Made by a program: the position numbers and the translations under genes. The notes under the pieces are model-generated. The model worked only from the letters and a program-made list of their open reading frames with translations. It was not told the origin of the DNA and did no database searches. A DNA stretch of 49,419 bases from Myxococcota bacterium (GTDB lineage: Bacteria > Myxococcota_C > UBA6777), in contig JAKLKB010000034.1 in assembly GCA_023150835.1 (NCBI GenBank), positions 1 through 49,419 on the forward strand, in the 5' to 3' direction. This document shows, one piece after another, positions 20,232 through 28,726 of this stretch. Positions within the stretch are counted from its first letter, which is position 1; every line of letters starts with the position of its first letter.

Positions 20232-20654
20232 TCAGCGGCACAACATCTTGGTGCAGCCGACGTTGCCATTCAAACAGCGGCAGGTATTGCACTTGTCGCG
20301 GAAGCTGCTTCCGTGTGGATAGCGGCGGCCTTTGTAAAAGCAACCTTTGGGCTTGCACGCCATCTTGGTGCAAGCCACAGCACCGTTAAAGCAGCGACAA
20401 GTGTTGCATTGATCGCGAAACGAAGCGTTGTGGGCGTAAGTGCGGCCTTTATAATAGCACTTCTTCATCACGGGTCGACAGATGGCCACATAGCAGCAGC
20501 CTTTTTTGACTTGGCCGACTTTGATCTGTCCTGCGGGGCAGGTCGGAGCGGCACATCGCACAAGGCGACAGTCGATGGCTTGGGCTTCTTGTGTCATCAC
20601 AAAAAGCGCCAAAAAGGCAAAAGATGCAGCAACAAGAATTTTCAATTGTTTCAT
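20232..20654 (-). CDS. Secreted protein with two pacifastin-like domains
   Basis: Signal peptide ending AQA; two CxYKGRxY....SFRDxCNTCRCxNGxVxCTKMxC units; RBS ggagg. Confidence 0.85.
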   Translation of the reverse strand: MKQLKILVAASFAFLALFVMTQEAQAIDCRLVRCAAPTCPAGQIKVGQVKKGCCYVAICRPVMKKCYYKGRTYAHNASFRDQCNTCRCFNGAVACTKMACKPKGCFYKGRRYPHGSSFRDKCNTCRCLNGNVGCTKMLCR

Positions 20655-20798
20655 AGGAGCCTCCAGTCCGGGGTTTGGGTATAGCAGCGTGTGTTTGAAA
20701 ACGCCACAGAAAACGCGGAGAGGTCGCAACAGGCGAGACCTCTCTTCTCGTTCATTTTTCGCTGGACGCCTTGGACTCAAAGAGTGCGCACTTTATTC

Positions 20799-20815
20799 TC
20801 TAAAGCCCGTGCCAA
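20799..20815 (-). promoter_or_regulatory. Possible sigma54 promoter
   Basis: Perfect TTGGCACG at -24, but -12 reads TTAG instead of TTGC. Confidence 0.3.
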
Positions 20816-20851
20816 ATTTTTTGGATAAAGAGGAACGGAGGAAAGAGGCGG

Positions 20852-21610
20852 CTACTTGGGGGAGAGGAAGCGCATAAAGGCTTCTTGAGCTTCGGAGGAT
20901 TGGAGGCGCTCGATAAAGAGCGCCCCTTCTTTTTGCAAGGCTTCATGGATCTGTTCACGCAAGGGAGCGCGCAAAAGAGATTTGGTGAGTACGATGGCTT
21001 GGGGGGGTTGGGCAGCGAGTTGACGGGCCATCTCGACGGTGCGATCCCATAGGGATTCGGGAGCAACCAGATGACGCACAAAGCCGATCTCTCGGGCTTC
21101 TTCGGCATCAAAGAATCGACCAGACATCAACAGTTCGCTGGCGTGGTGGATCCCGATCATCCGAGGCAAAAGCAAGGACGAAGCAGCTTCGGGAACAAGT
21201 CCAAGGCTGACGAAAGGCAAGCGGAAGCGGGCATTTGTGGCAGCAAAGACGATATCGCAATGCAACAGCAACGTCGTTCCGATCCCGATGGCAAGGCCAT
21301 TGACGGCGGCGAGGATCGGCTTGGGAAAGTCGATGAACGTCAGTAAGAACTGAAAGACCGGACTATCGGTGCTTGTAGGGGGATCTTGCATAAAGTCCAA
21401 CACATCGTTTCCCGAAGTGAAGCTACCTGCTGTCCCTGTCAAGATCACCGCACGCACGTCAGGATCGGCGGCAGCTTCTTGAAGATAGGTCGTCAATGAC
21501 CGATACATCGACAATGTCAACGCATTTTTCTTTTGTGGGCGAGCGATCCGCAAGCAAACAACGCCCTCTCCCACGTCCTCTCGTTCGATCTCTGTACTTG
21601 GATGAGTCAT
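20852..21610 (-). CDS. Enoyl-CoA hydratase/isomerase (crotonase family)
   Basis: RPQKKNALT, FTSGND, PKPILAAVNGLAIGIG, LGLVPEAASS. Confidence 0.93.
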   Translation of the reverse strand: MTHPSTEIEREDVGEGVVCLRIARPQKKNALTLSMYRSLTTYLQEAAADPDVRAVILTGTAGSFTSGNDVLDFMQDPPTSTDSPVFQFLLTFIDFPKPILAAVNGLAIGIGTTLLLHCDIVFAATNARFRLPFVSLGLVPEAASSLLLPRMIGIHHASELLMSGRFFDAEEAREIGFVRHLVAPESLWDRTVEMARQLAAQPPQAIVLTKSLLRAPLREQIHEALQKEGALFIERLQSSEAQEAFMRFLSPK

Positions 21611-21683
21611 CTTGGCTCGGATGCCTCCGAAAATATAGGGAAATTCTTTGTTTTGCCAAAGGCACAAACCGAGGTGAAAACAA

Positions 21684-21718
21684 ACAAAAAAAGCGCTCAA
21701 AGAAGGCTTGAGCGCTTT
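21684..21718 (-). terminator. Rho-independent terminator of the tRNA operon
   Basis: 10-bp stem aagcgctcaa/ttgagcgctt followed by a U-run on the minus strand. Confidence 0.85.
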
Positions 21719-21725
21719 GGAGATG

Positions 21726-21797
<72 letters not shown>

Positions 21798-21822
21798 AAA
21801 AGATGTCAAAGATCAGAAGAGA

Positions 21823-21897
21823 TGGAGGCGACACCCGGATTCGAACCGGGGATGGAGGTTTTGCAGACCTCTGCCTTAGCCTCTTGGCTATGTCGCC
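21823..21897 (-). tRNA. tRNA-Cys (GCA), CCA encoded
   Basis: GGCGACA..CTGCAAA..GTTCGAATCC..TGTCGCCTCCA. Confidence 0.97.
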
Positions 21898-21902
21898 TGA
21901 AG

Positions 21903-21974
<72 letters not shown>

Positions 21975-21996
21975 GTACTGCATCGCCGCAGCGTGG

Positions 21997-22029
21997 ATAC
22001 TATCTACCCCCCACCCCTTCCTTTGTCAA
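21997..22029 (-). promoter_or_regulatory. Sigma70 promoter of the tRNA operon
   Basis: TTGACA at 22029-22024; TAGATAGTAT begins 17 bp downstream; GC-rich discriminator. Confidence 0.6.
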
Positions 22030-22099
22030 CTACTTTTTTCCGCCTCCCCCGCACTTCTTGGATTTGCTACGCCTCACTTGGGCTTAGGCCCTTCAAACA

Positions 22100-22498
22100 T
22101 CACCCGCGCTTTTTGAGCCGCCAACGACGATCCAATCCACGGATGTGCTGCATCGCCTCTTTCTCTAAGCGCTCAAAATCACGCTGATTTTCGTGAAAAA
22201 CCATCAATCCAATCTTGGCGTTCGGTTGGTGTTGGAAAATAGCCAACGCAACACCACCACTCCCAGAAGACGAAACGGTGTCAAAAGCTCCGAAACCACC
22301 CAGCTTCCAACCTTTTTCGAGGAAGCTTCGTTTGATCTTCTTCAACATCGCCGCGCACTGATCGAGGCTATCCTTTTCAGAGGCAGGCAGTTCATAAACG
22401 TAGAAGCGCACCCACGGCACATCCCCTTTGAAATGAGCCGGTTGACACGACCACAAACAAACGCACAAACAACACAACACAACGCATCGCATCAGCAT
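22100..22498 (-). CDS. Small lipoprotein, unknown function
   Basis: Signal peptide with lipobox LWS-C; RBS gaggggatggg. Confidence 0.75.
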   Translation of the reverse strand: MLMRCVVLCCLCVCLWSCQPAHFKGDVPWVRFYVYELPASEKDSLDQCAAMLKKIKRSFLEKGWKLGGFGAFDTVSSSGSGGVALAIFQHQPNAKIGLMVFHENQRDFERLEKEAMQHIRGLDRRWRLKKRG

Positions 22499-22517
22499 CT
22501 CCCATCCCCTCTCGCCC

Positions 22518-23060
22518 TCAAGGGCCGCATAATTTTTCAACCGCTTTTTTGGCCTCTGCGATCTCCTTCTCTTTCAAAGAAAGAAGCATCTGCACTTTTT
22601 GAAGCGCGGTTTCTATCTCTTTTACAACAGCCCAAGCAGCCGTCGCAGCAGCGGACGCAACGGCTGCTGCCGCTGCCAACGCGACGTTGAGTCCGGGCAT
22701 CCAAGCAAAAGCAATCGCCGCAACCAACGATGCTGCCGCTGCCGTCGCCAAGATCCCAAACGCAGCGATCGCCCCCTTTGCTTTTTCTTGAAGTTCTTTT
22801 TCCGCTTTTTCCAAATCGCTCTTGTTTTTTTGCAAAGCTGCTAAAGACGCTTTGGCCTCTTCGCAAGTGGACGACTGTTGCCGAACTGAGTTGTCTTTTC
22901 CGTAATCTTTCGTCTGCCCCTTCCCAACTGCCGTTCCCACAACCCAGCCAAGCCCCAATAACATCAGCAGAGCAGCAAGAACAACACTTCCATAAAACAC
23001 ACCCGCTGCTATCCCGAGTCCCTCCAATGCAGCAAAAAACACTTGCGAAAGCAAATACAT
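22518..23060 (-). CDS. Membrane-anchored helical hairpin protein (coiled coil / hydrophobic tip / coiled coil)
   Basis: Hydrophobic N-terminus; two charged heptad helices flank a 50-aa Ala-rich segment; RBS gggag. Confidence 0.75.
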   Translation of the reverse strand: MYLLSQVFFAALEGLGIAAGVFYGSVVLAALLMLLGLGWVVGTAVGKGQTKDYGKDNSVRQQSSTCEEAKASLAALQKNKSDLEKAEKELQEKAKGAIAAFGILATAAAASLVAAIAFAWMPGLNVALAAAAAVASAAATAAWAVVKEIETALQKVQMLLSLKEKEIAEAKKAVEKLCGP

Positions 23061-23252
23061 TGAGCATTCTCCCAGTTCAAGTATGATCGTAAAACGTAGT
23101 AGCCCCCTGTGGCTGCCAACAATAGAACCTATGAACGACCCTCCGATCGCACCTCTCTCGAAGATTATAAGCCTACGTCTCTCTTCTCGCACAGTCAACG
23201 CCTTTGCCTATCCTCCCCCAAAAAGAAAAGACCGACAGACAGAAACAAACGT

Positions 23253-23580
23253 TCACTCTGCGACAAAAAGTACCTTGGGACCACAGAACCTGCGCAACGC
23301 CGAGACATCCGAGGTTGCGGCCTTTTCCAACAATGGGCTTGGCTTGCTCAACTCCACAACGAGCCACACACCACCCGCGACCAGCAACGCTCCCCCACCA
23401 CCATACGCAAGATTCGCCCCCAGCCCCATCGCACCGGCACTTTCGTAAAGCGCTTTCACTTCTTCGACCATCCCGCTGCTATCGAGGCTTTTTTGTGCGT
23501 CTTGGCGCTTGCCTTGGGCTGCCACCCCCAACCCCACGCCCGCAACAAGACCTGCCACGCCGACACCCAACAACCTTTGC
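23253..23580 (-). pseudogene. Orphan 3' fragment resembling the Gly-rich two-helix C-terminus of myxobacterial PEGA/TPR proteins
   Basis: GVGVAGLVAGVGLG..ANLAYGGGGALLVAGGVWL; joined out of frame to a kinase fragment. Confidence 0.55.
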
Positions 23581-24012
23581 GGTGTGTGCGTGAAACAATC
23601 CGCACAACACTTGATATCCCAACGAAAGGCTTAAAAACCACGGAAGGCGCTTGCCGTACTGCGAAGCGTATTCCTCTTGCAAACTTTCCAGCGTCATGCC
23701 TTCGATAAGCTCTAGTTCTAGGCCAAAACTCGCATATTCGGGCAATTCAAAAGCATCCCGCACCTTGATAAAATGCTCGCTCTGCCGAAGATACTCGGTA
23801 ATCTGTGCCTCTTCTAAGAAAGATAGCTTTTGCAGCTCACGATCCATCAATCGCGTATGTTCTGGAGTTGCAAGCTTCAGCGCGACATCCAACTGCACAC
23901 CAAGCGCGGTCTTTTTGCGCGCACGCCAAACGTCGGCTTGTCCTCCCCCTCCGAGATATTCTTGAAGCGTGTACTGTCCACCGCGCAACGTAAATCCGGG
24001 CTTCAATCGCAT
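23581..24012 (-). pseudogene. Truncated Ser/Thr kinase (subdomains I-VIa only)
   Basis: LGGGGQADVWRA, VALK, FLEEA, LELIEG; homology ends at LFHAHT before HRD; strong RBS aaggagg. Confidence 0.8.
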
Positions 24013-24053
24013 GAAGCTCGCCTCCTTCTCTTGCGTATCCACACAAAACACCT

Positions 24054-24510
24054 TCAACGCAAAGACCACCACGCCACCAAAAAGATCACCGTCATCAACG
24101 TAGCGCCACCCAAAACCCCCAACAGCGCGACCGTTTGAAGAGACCATCCATGTGATGCCGAAACCGTCTCTGGCGAGCGGCTGGCCCGACGCAAAGTCTC
24201 CAAACGGACAGCGTCTTCTTCCGAAGTCTGCTCATAAGTTTTCATGTAATCAGGCAAAAGTTCCGTTTCTTGTGAATGTAATGAGGGCGGATCATGGGCA
24301 ACTTCAGAAGTCTGCGCATACGAAGCATCTTGGGTGACATACGAAGCATGAGAAAACTCCCGCGCCTGCAAAGAAGCACCCGAGGAGGCTTTCCAGATCC
24401 TGTCCCTCTACCCACTCCATCACAACGCCTAAAAGACCACTGTCGTCCAAAAAATCCAGCGTGCGCACGATATGGGGGTGAATCAAGCGACATTGAATTA
24501 TCTGTTCGCC
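24054..24510 (-). pseudogene. Ser/Thr kinase remnant: subdomains III-V joined out of frame to a linker plus TM tail
   Basis: EQIIQCRLIHPHIVRTLDF..VMEWVEGQDLESLL, frame change near 24385, then a C-terminal TM. Confidence 0.7.
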
Positions 24511-24570
24511 AACAAGGGGGTCAAGGGGCGACAGTCTATGGTGGGGTTTGGGGCAACGACCCAAAAACCG
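24505..24570 (-). repeat. REP-like element B, degenerate copy
   Basis: ttcgcc..ggggtcaaggggcg..gtggggtttggggcaacgaccca aligns with 26432-26496. Confidence 0.75.
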
Positions 24571-24735
24571 AACCCACAAACACAAAGCAACAAGCGGTCG
24601 TGATCAACGGATCACACCTGTTTTGTGGGTTCGATCCATGCCGCAAAAATGCGACGTTGCGTGTCTTGCTTTGGGCAGTTTTTTGTGGCTCCTTTGGAAG
24701 CGGCCAAAACCTGTCACTTCGCAGAGATCGAAAAG

Positions 24736-26304
24736 ATGCCGAATGCACCCGACGACACAAAAACAGAGACACCCACGCAGATCCCGAGATATTGGGATAT
24801 CTTTTTCTGGTTCATGGCAGCAGGGATCGTCTTTTTGCTGCTTTTTTCGCTTGATTCGTACCCGGGCTTAAACGGAGACGAAGCGTACCAAGGCTTGCTC
24901 AGCGCACCGATGGAAAGCACAACACAACAGGGATCGTTCGGATGGCGTATGCTCACAACGAAGGCTCCTTCGGGCCGTTATCCGCACCCGCTGTTGGCGT
25001 CCTCGATCTATGCGCTTGAACAAGCCTATCCACCGAGCGCGTGGACACTGCGACTTCCTGTCGTGCTTTGGTCCTTGTTGGGTTGTTTGTTGTTGTTTGT
25101 GCTTATGCGTCGGGTGGAGGGGAATGATGCTTTTGCTTCGTGGTCTTATCTGTTGATCTTTGGGTCCCATCCGTTGTTTTTGAGCTATGCGCGTTTTGCT
25201 TGGGAACCGAGTTTGTATGTTGTGGGTGTCGTGTTGTTTTGGGTGCCTTGGTTTTTCGATCGCTCGGTTCGTAAGCGCCTGTCGTTTTGGGGAATGTTGT
25301 TCTTTGGAGCGCTCCTGACTCTCTTTGCGCATCCTGTTTACCTTGTTTTCTTGGTTTGTGCGGCATCGGTCTTGGTGTGGATGCCTCAACATGCTGAGCA
25401 GCCTCGATCGCCCTCATTGACTCAGCGCGTGGTATGGGGACTGTGGGCGATCGTCCTTATCGTCGGGTTGATCTGGATGATAGCACAAATGGGCGTGGCG
25501 GCTTTTGGTGGTTTTTCTGGGCGATACCTTTGGTCTCTCGCGGAGATCTTCAGCGGGATGCGTGCTTTCCAATACATCACAGGCATTCCTTGGGGGATCT
25601 GGCATACGCTTTTGTTCGGATCTTTTTCTCTGCTGTTTTTCGTCTCTTTTCTAGGTTTTTTTCAAAAAGATCGAAAGCGTCTCGGATATCATCTGATTTT
25701 TTTCACATTGTCTTTTGCTTGTTATTTTTTCTTACAATTATTTTTACCACTAACGATCGGCCAAGAGCGCTATATTCTTGTTCTTCTTTTTCCCGCTTGT
25801 TTCTTTTTGGCATCGGGGCTCCAACAATATCCGCTTTTTTGGAAGCGGTGGATGCTTGGCTTGCACACGAGTCTCTGCCTCTTTGCTTTTGTGATGGGCT
25901 ATTTTGTGCAAGGCTGGCAAACGGAGAATCGCCACGCTCACCCCACATTTTGGTCGGGTTCTTCTCCTCAAGATGCCGAACCCAAGAAGAAGATCGCCGA
26001 CTGGCTAAAACAACACCTCCCGCCACAAGCTCCGATCTTCACATCGAATTTTTGGATGGAAAAGACCTTAGCCCACCGACTCCGCCGCCCTGTGAAGATG
26101 TTTTGGCAAGAGGGACAGCTCCATGCCGAATCGATCGATTGGAAAACAATTCCCCATTGGGCGGTCGTCGACTTTCATCTACAAGAGTCCCCGATCTGGC
26201 CGTTGATGCGCTACTTTGATCAACACAAGATCCCTTACCAAAAGTACCACGTCACCACGCAACGAGGGCGTATCCAAGCATGGATCATCCGCTCAGGCCG
26301 CTGA
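24736..26304 (+). CDS. Polytopic GT-C fold glycosyltransferase (ArnT/PMT-like)
   Basis: PGLNGDEAY after TM1, LRLPVV, YARFAWEP, ERYILVLLFP, many TMs. Confidence 0.75.
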   Translation: MPNAPDDTKTETPTQIPRYWDIFFWFMAAGIVFLLLFSLDSYPGLNGDEAYQGLLSAPMESTTQQGSFGWRMLTTKAPSGRYPHPLLASSIYALEQAYPPSAWTLRLPVVLWSLLGCLLLFVLMRRVEGNDAFASWSYLLIFGSHPLFLSYARFAWEPSLYVVGVVLFWVPWFFDRSVRKRLSFWGMLFFGALLTLFAHPVYLVFLVCAASVLVWMPQHAEQPRSPSLTQRVVWGLWAIVLIVGLIWMIAQMGVAAFGGFSGRYLWSLAEIFSGMRAFQYITGIPWGIWHTLLFGSFSLLFFVSFLGFFQKDRKRLGYHLIFFTLSFACYFFLQLFLPLTIGQERYILVLLFPACFFLASGLQQYPLFWKRWMLGLHTSLCLFAFVMGYFVQGWQTENRHAHPTFWSGSSPQDAEPKKKIADWLKQHLPPQAPIFTSNFWMEKTLAHRLRRPVKMFWQEGQLHAESIDWKTIPHWAVVDFHLQESPIWPLMRYFDQHKIPYQKYHVTTQRGRIQAWIIRSGR

Positions 26305-26364
26305 TCAAAAAAGCAAGCACCCTTTTTTAGGCTCGATCTGCTTTGGGTAGAATCGGCACAATGC

Positions 26365-26505
26365 GCCAAAACCCCCGTGTTCGCAACTGTCCCAAGCGAC
26401 AGAGCCGTTGGTGTGAAAAACCTGTGTTCTCTTCGCCGATACGGGGTCAAGGGGCGCAAGTCCCTTGCGGGGCGTGGGGCCGCGCCCCACAAAACCTATC
26501 CAACA
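26365..26505 (-). repeat. REP-like element B, long copy between convergent genes
   Basis: Homologous to 1720-1870. Confidence 0.8.
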
Positions 26506-26520
26506 AGCCACCCATCGATA

Positions 26521-28578
26521 TCAGAGTTGTTCGACAAGGCGGAAGACAGCGCGGCGCAACGAAGGGGCAAGAGGGCGGAGGATCTGCCAAGCAAAAGAGC
26601 GTTGAAGAGGTGCAAGAGCATCCAGCCAGATCAAGCGCCAGACAGGGAGGGTGTGCAAACAAAGCGTGCTTTTCTGGGGAAGGAGAGGGGCAGTTTCGTT
26701 GTAAGGGCGAGCGTTTTTGTCGAGCAACAAGTGGTAGCGAAGTTCTTGTCCGTCATCTGTGCTGCGAGAACCGATCTCAAAGGCTTTTGCGTAAGCAAGC
26801 ATCGGAAATTGTGCGAGTTGCTTTTTGGAAAGAAAGCAACGCAACAAAAAAGCGAGACGAGCGTGAGAAACGTGTGCGTTGCGCCAAACTTCTTCTTGAA
26901 ACAAGCTGTCCGAAGGAAAAGCATCTCGTTGTGGGGGAGTGGTGGCTCGCTGTTCTTGTGCGATCCATGTGCCGAGTAGACGGGGGCTATTGGAAAGAAA
27001 CCAACGTCCCGCATCCCAAGCGAGCGCAAGTGGTGGGTGTTTATCCGGCCACCAGAGGCGGAGCGGCCACGCATCTTGCATTGGAAGCCCCGAACCCAAG
27101 GGGGCTTCGACGATATCTTTCAGTTCATGAAGGATATCTTTCCATAATTCGCGCTGCCACGCATCCCACTGACCAGCCAATAAAATGCCGTGCGGCGCAA
27201 GTCCACCAGAAGCCGATGGATCGGTTTGTTTTGCAGGTGTCTCCGTTTTGGGAGGCGGCTCCAACCACAAGATGCGTCGGCCTTTTGTGAGCCAGCGCAA
27301 AAGATGCGCAGCCGTGTCTTGTTGCCACAACCACCCTCCTCCCACAAGCAGCCCGCGCCGCAAAAGAACCGTCCCAAGAGCCTTGTGCAGTGAGGAGTAC
27401 AGGGCTTTTTCAAGCGGCATACGTTGCAACAACGGCCACCAGATCGGATCGTCTTCTGAAGATGAAGACGGCGCTCTGTTGGATGTTTCGGGTATTTTTT
27501 TGCGGATGGATTTCAACATCTCGGCGGAGAATTGGGCCAGTAGGGCTGCAAGGGTCGTGGAAGGCCGAGCCTGCCCTTGGAGGGAAACAAAGAGGGTGTC
27601 CTGCGGAAACAATGTTCCAAGCTGCGAGAGTTCTTGTTTGGAGGGGAGGGATTGTGCCTTTTGCGCCTGAAGAGTCGCCGCATCGGGCAACACGACTTCT
27701 TGAAATTGCACGCGGTCGATGCCAAGAAAAAGAGCCGCCAAGAGCGCCCGATACCGCTGGAGTTGCAAACGCAACATCTCCCATGTGGGGCGTTTTTGAA
27801 AAATGCCCCACAAAGGCTCTTTCATCCACGCCGCAAACGTCGGTGGATGCAGGAAAAAAGCGATCTGGGCGTTGGTTTGTACGCGATCTTCGAGCCACAA
27901 TCGGCCTTGTAGAGCAGTGCTAGAAGAGACTTGATCGAGCAAAGGGCGTATCACGGACGACCACAACATCTGCCGAGTTTGCGGAGCAAAAACAGCCGAA
28001 CGATGGGGCAGCGGACACAAAACAAGACCACCACCATACAAGACCAAGACCCATGCAGGCCCTTGGTGGCCCAACAGCCAAAAAGAGACCGTCCCACCGT
28101 AGTTTTCCTCAAAAAATTGCAAGCTCTCACGAGAAGCAGAAAAAGCGCGTCGAAGCGTAAATCGCGTAAAGAAGGACGTTTGCACAGGCAACGAGATCGC
28201 CAGACGCAGACGCTTTAACGGCTCAAGCAGCGCACCTTCGGGCAATTGGACAGCATCAAGGGGAGCCGAAAAAGGCTGTTTTGCAAGCACAACGGTCACG
28301 GTAAAACCACGCTGCCACCGTACGCCCAACATCCGCGCAACGTTGCCATCAAGATAACCGATCGCCCGTTCGATGCGTCGTATCGGTACACCTCGGAGGA
28401 TACGACGCTGCGAGAGTTGCTTGAGCAAAGACACCAGCGAATCCAGTCGACGCACCTGCACTTGTGCAAAGATCCCTTCGGCGGATCGGTCGGCAGCTTG
28501 GGCGTATCCTTGCACCGCCCACAACCACAGACTCAAACCAACCACACCACCATGCCCAAACCACCGACGCCAAGACAT
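26521..28578 (-). CDS. Exported hypothetical protein
   Basis: Long ORF, signal peptide ending GYA-QAA; no family recognised. Confidence 0.7.
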   Translation of the reverse strand: MSWRRWFGHGGVVGLSLWLWAVQGYAQAADRSAEGIFAQVQVRRLDSLVSLLKQLSQRRILRGVPIRRIERAIGYLDGNVARMLGVRWQRGFTVTVVLAKQPFSAPLDAVQLPEGALLEPLKRLRLAISLPVQTSFFTRFTLRRAFSASRESLQFFEENYGGTVSFWLLGHQGPAWVLVLYGGGLVLCPLPHRSAVFAPQTRQMLWSSVIRPLLDQVSSSTALQGRLWLEDRVQTNAQIAFFLHPPTFAAWMKEPLWGIFQKRPTWEMLRLQLQRYRALLAALFLGIDRVQFQEVVLPDAATLQAQKAQSLPSKQELSQLGTLFPQDTLFVSLQGQARPSTTLAALLAQFSAEMLKSIRKKIPETSNRAPSSSSEDDPIWWPLLQRMPLEKALYSSLHKALGTVLLRRGLLVGGGWLWQQDTAAHLLRWLTKGRRILWLEPPPKTETPAKQTDPSASGGLAPHGILLAGQWDAWQRELWKDILHELKDIVEAPLGSGLPMQDAWPLRLWWPDKHPPLALAWDAGRWFLSNSPRLLGTWIAQEQRATTPPQRDAFPSDSLFQEEVWRNAHVSHARLAFLLRCFLSKKQLAQFPMLAYAKAFEIGSRSTDDGQELRYHLLLDKNARPYNETAPLLPQKSTLCLHTLPVWRLIWLDALAPLQRSFAWQILRPLAPSLRRAVFRLVEQL

Positions 28579-28617
28579 CCTCAAAACCTCGTGTTGTGTG
28601 TTGTGGGGAGTGGGACA

Positions 28618-28719
28618 ACGCCCGACACATCTCTCCAACAAGTCGCTCCTGACCGAGTTTACGGCGACGGGTGTGACGAGAACAATCACCACGCCCGACG
28701 CCTCTCTCCAACAAGTCGC
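28618..28719. repeat. Two 29-bp direct repeats (27/29 identical) 44 bp apart
   Basis: acgcccgac(a/g)c(a/c)tctctccaacaagtcgc at 28618 and 28691; the first overlaps a partial element B. Confidence 0.7.
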
Positions 28720-28726
28720 AGCGGTC

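Noticed and set aside
28618-28719. Mini CRISPR array
   Set aside because: Only two repeats, non-palindromic, overlapping a REP remnant, with no leader or cas genes
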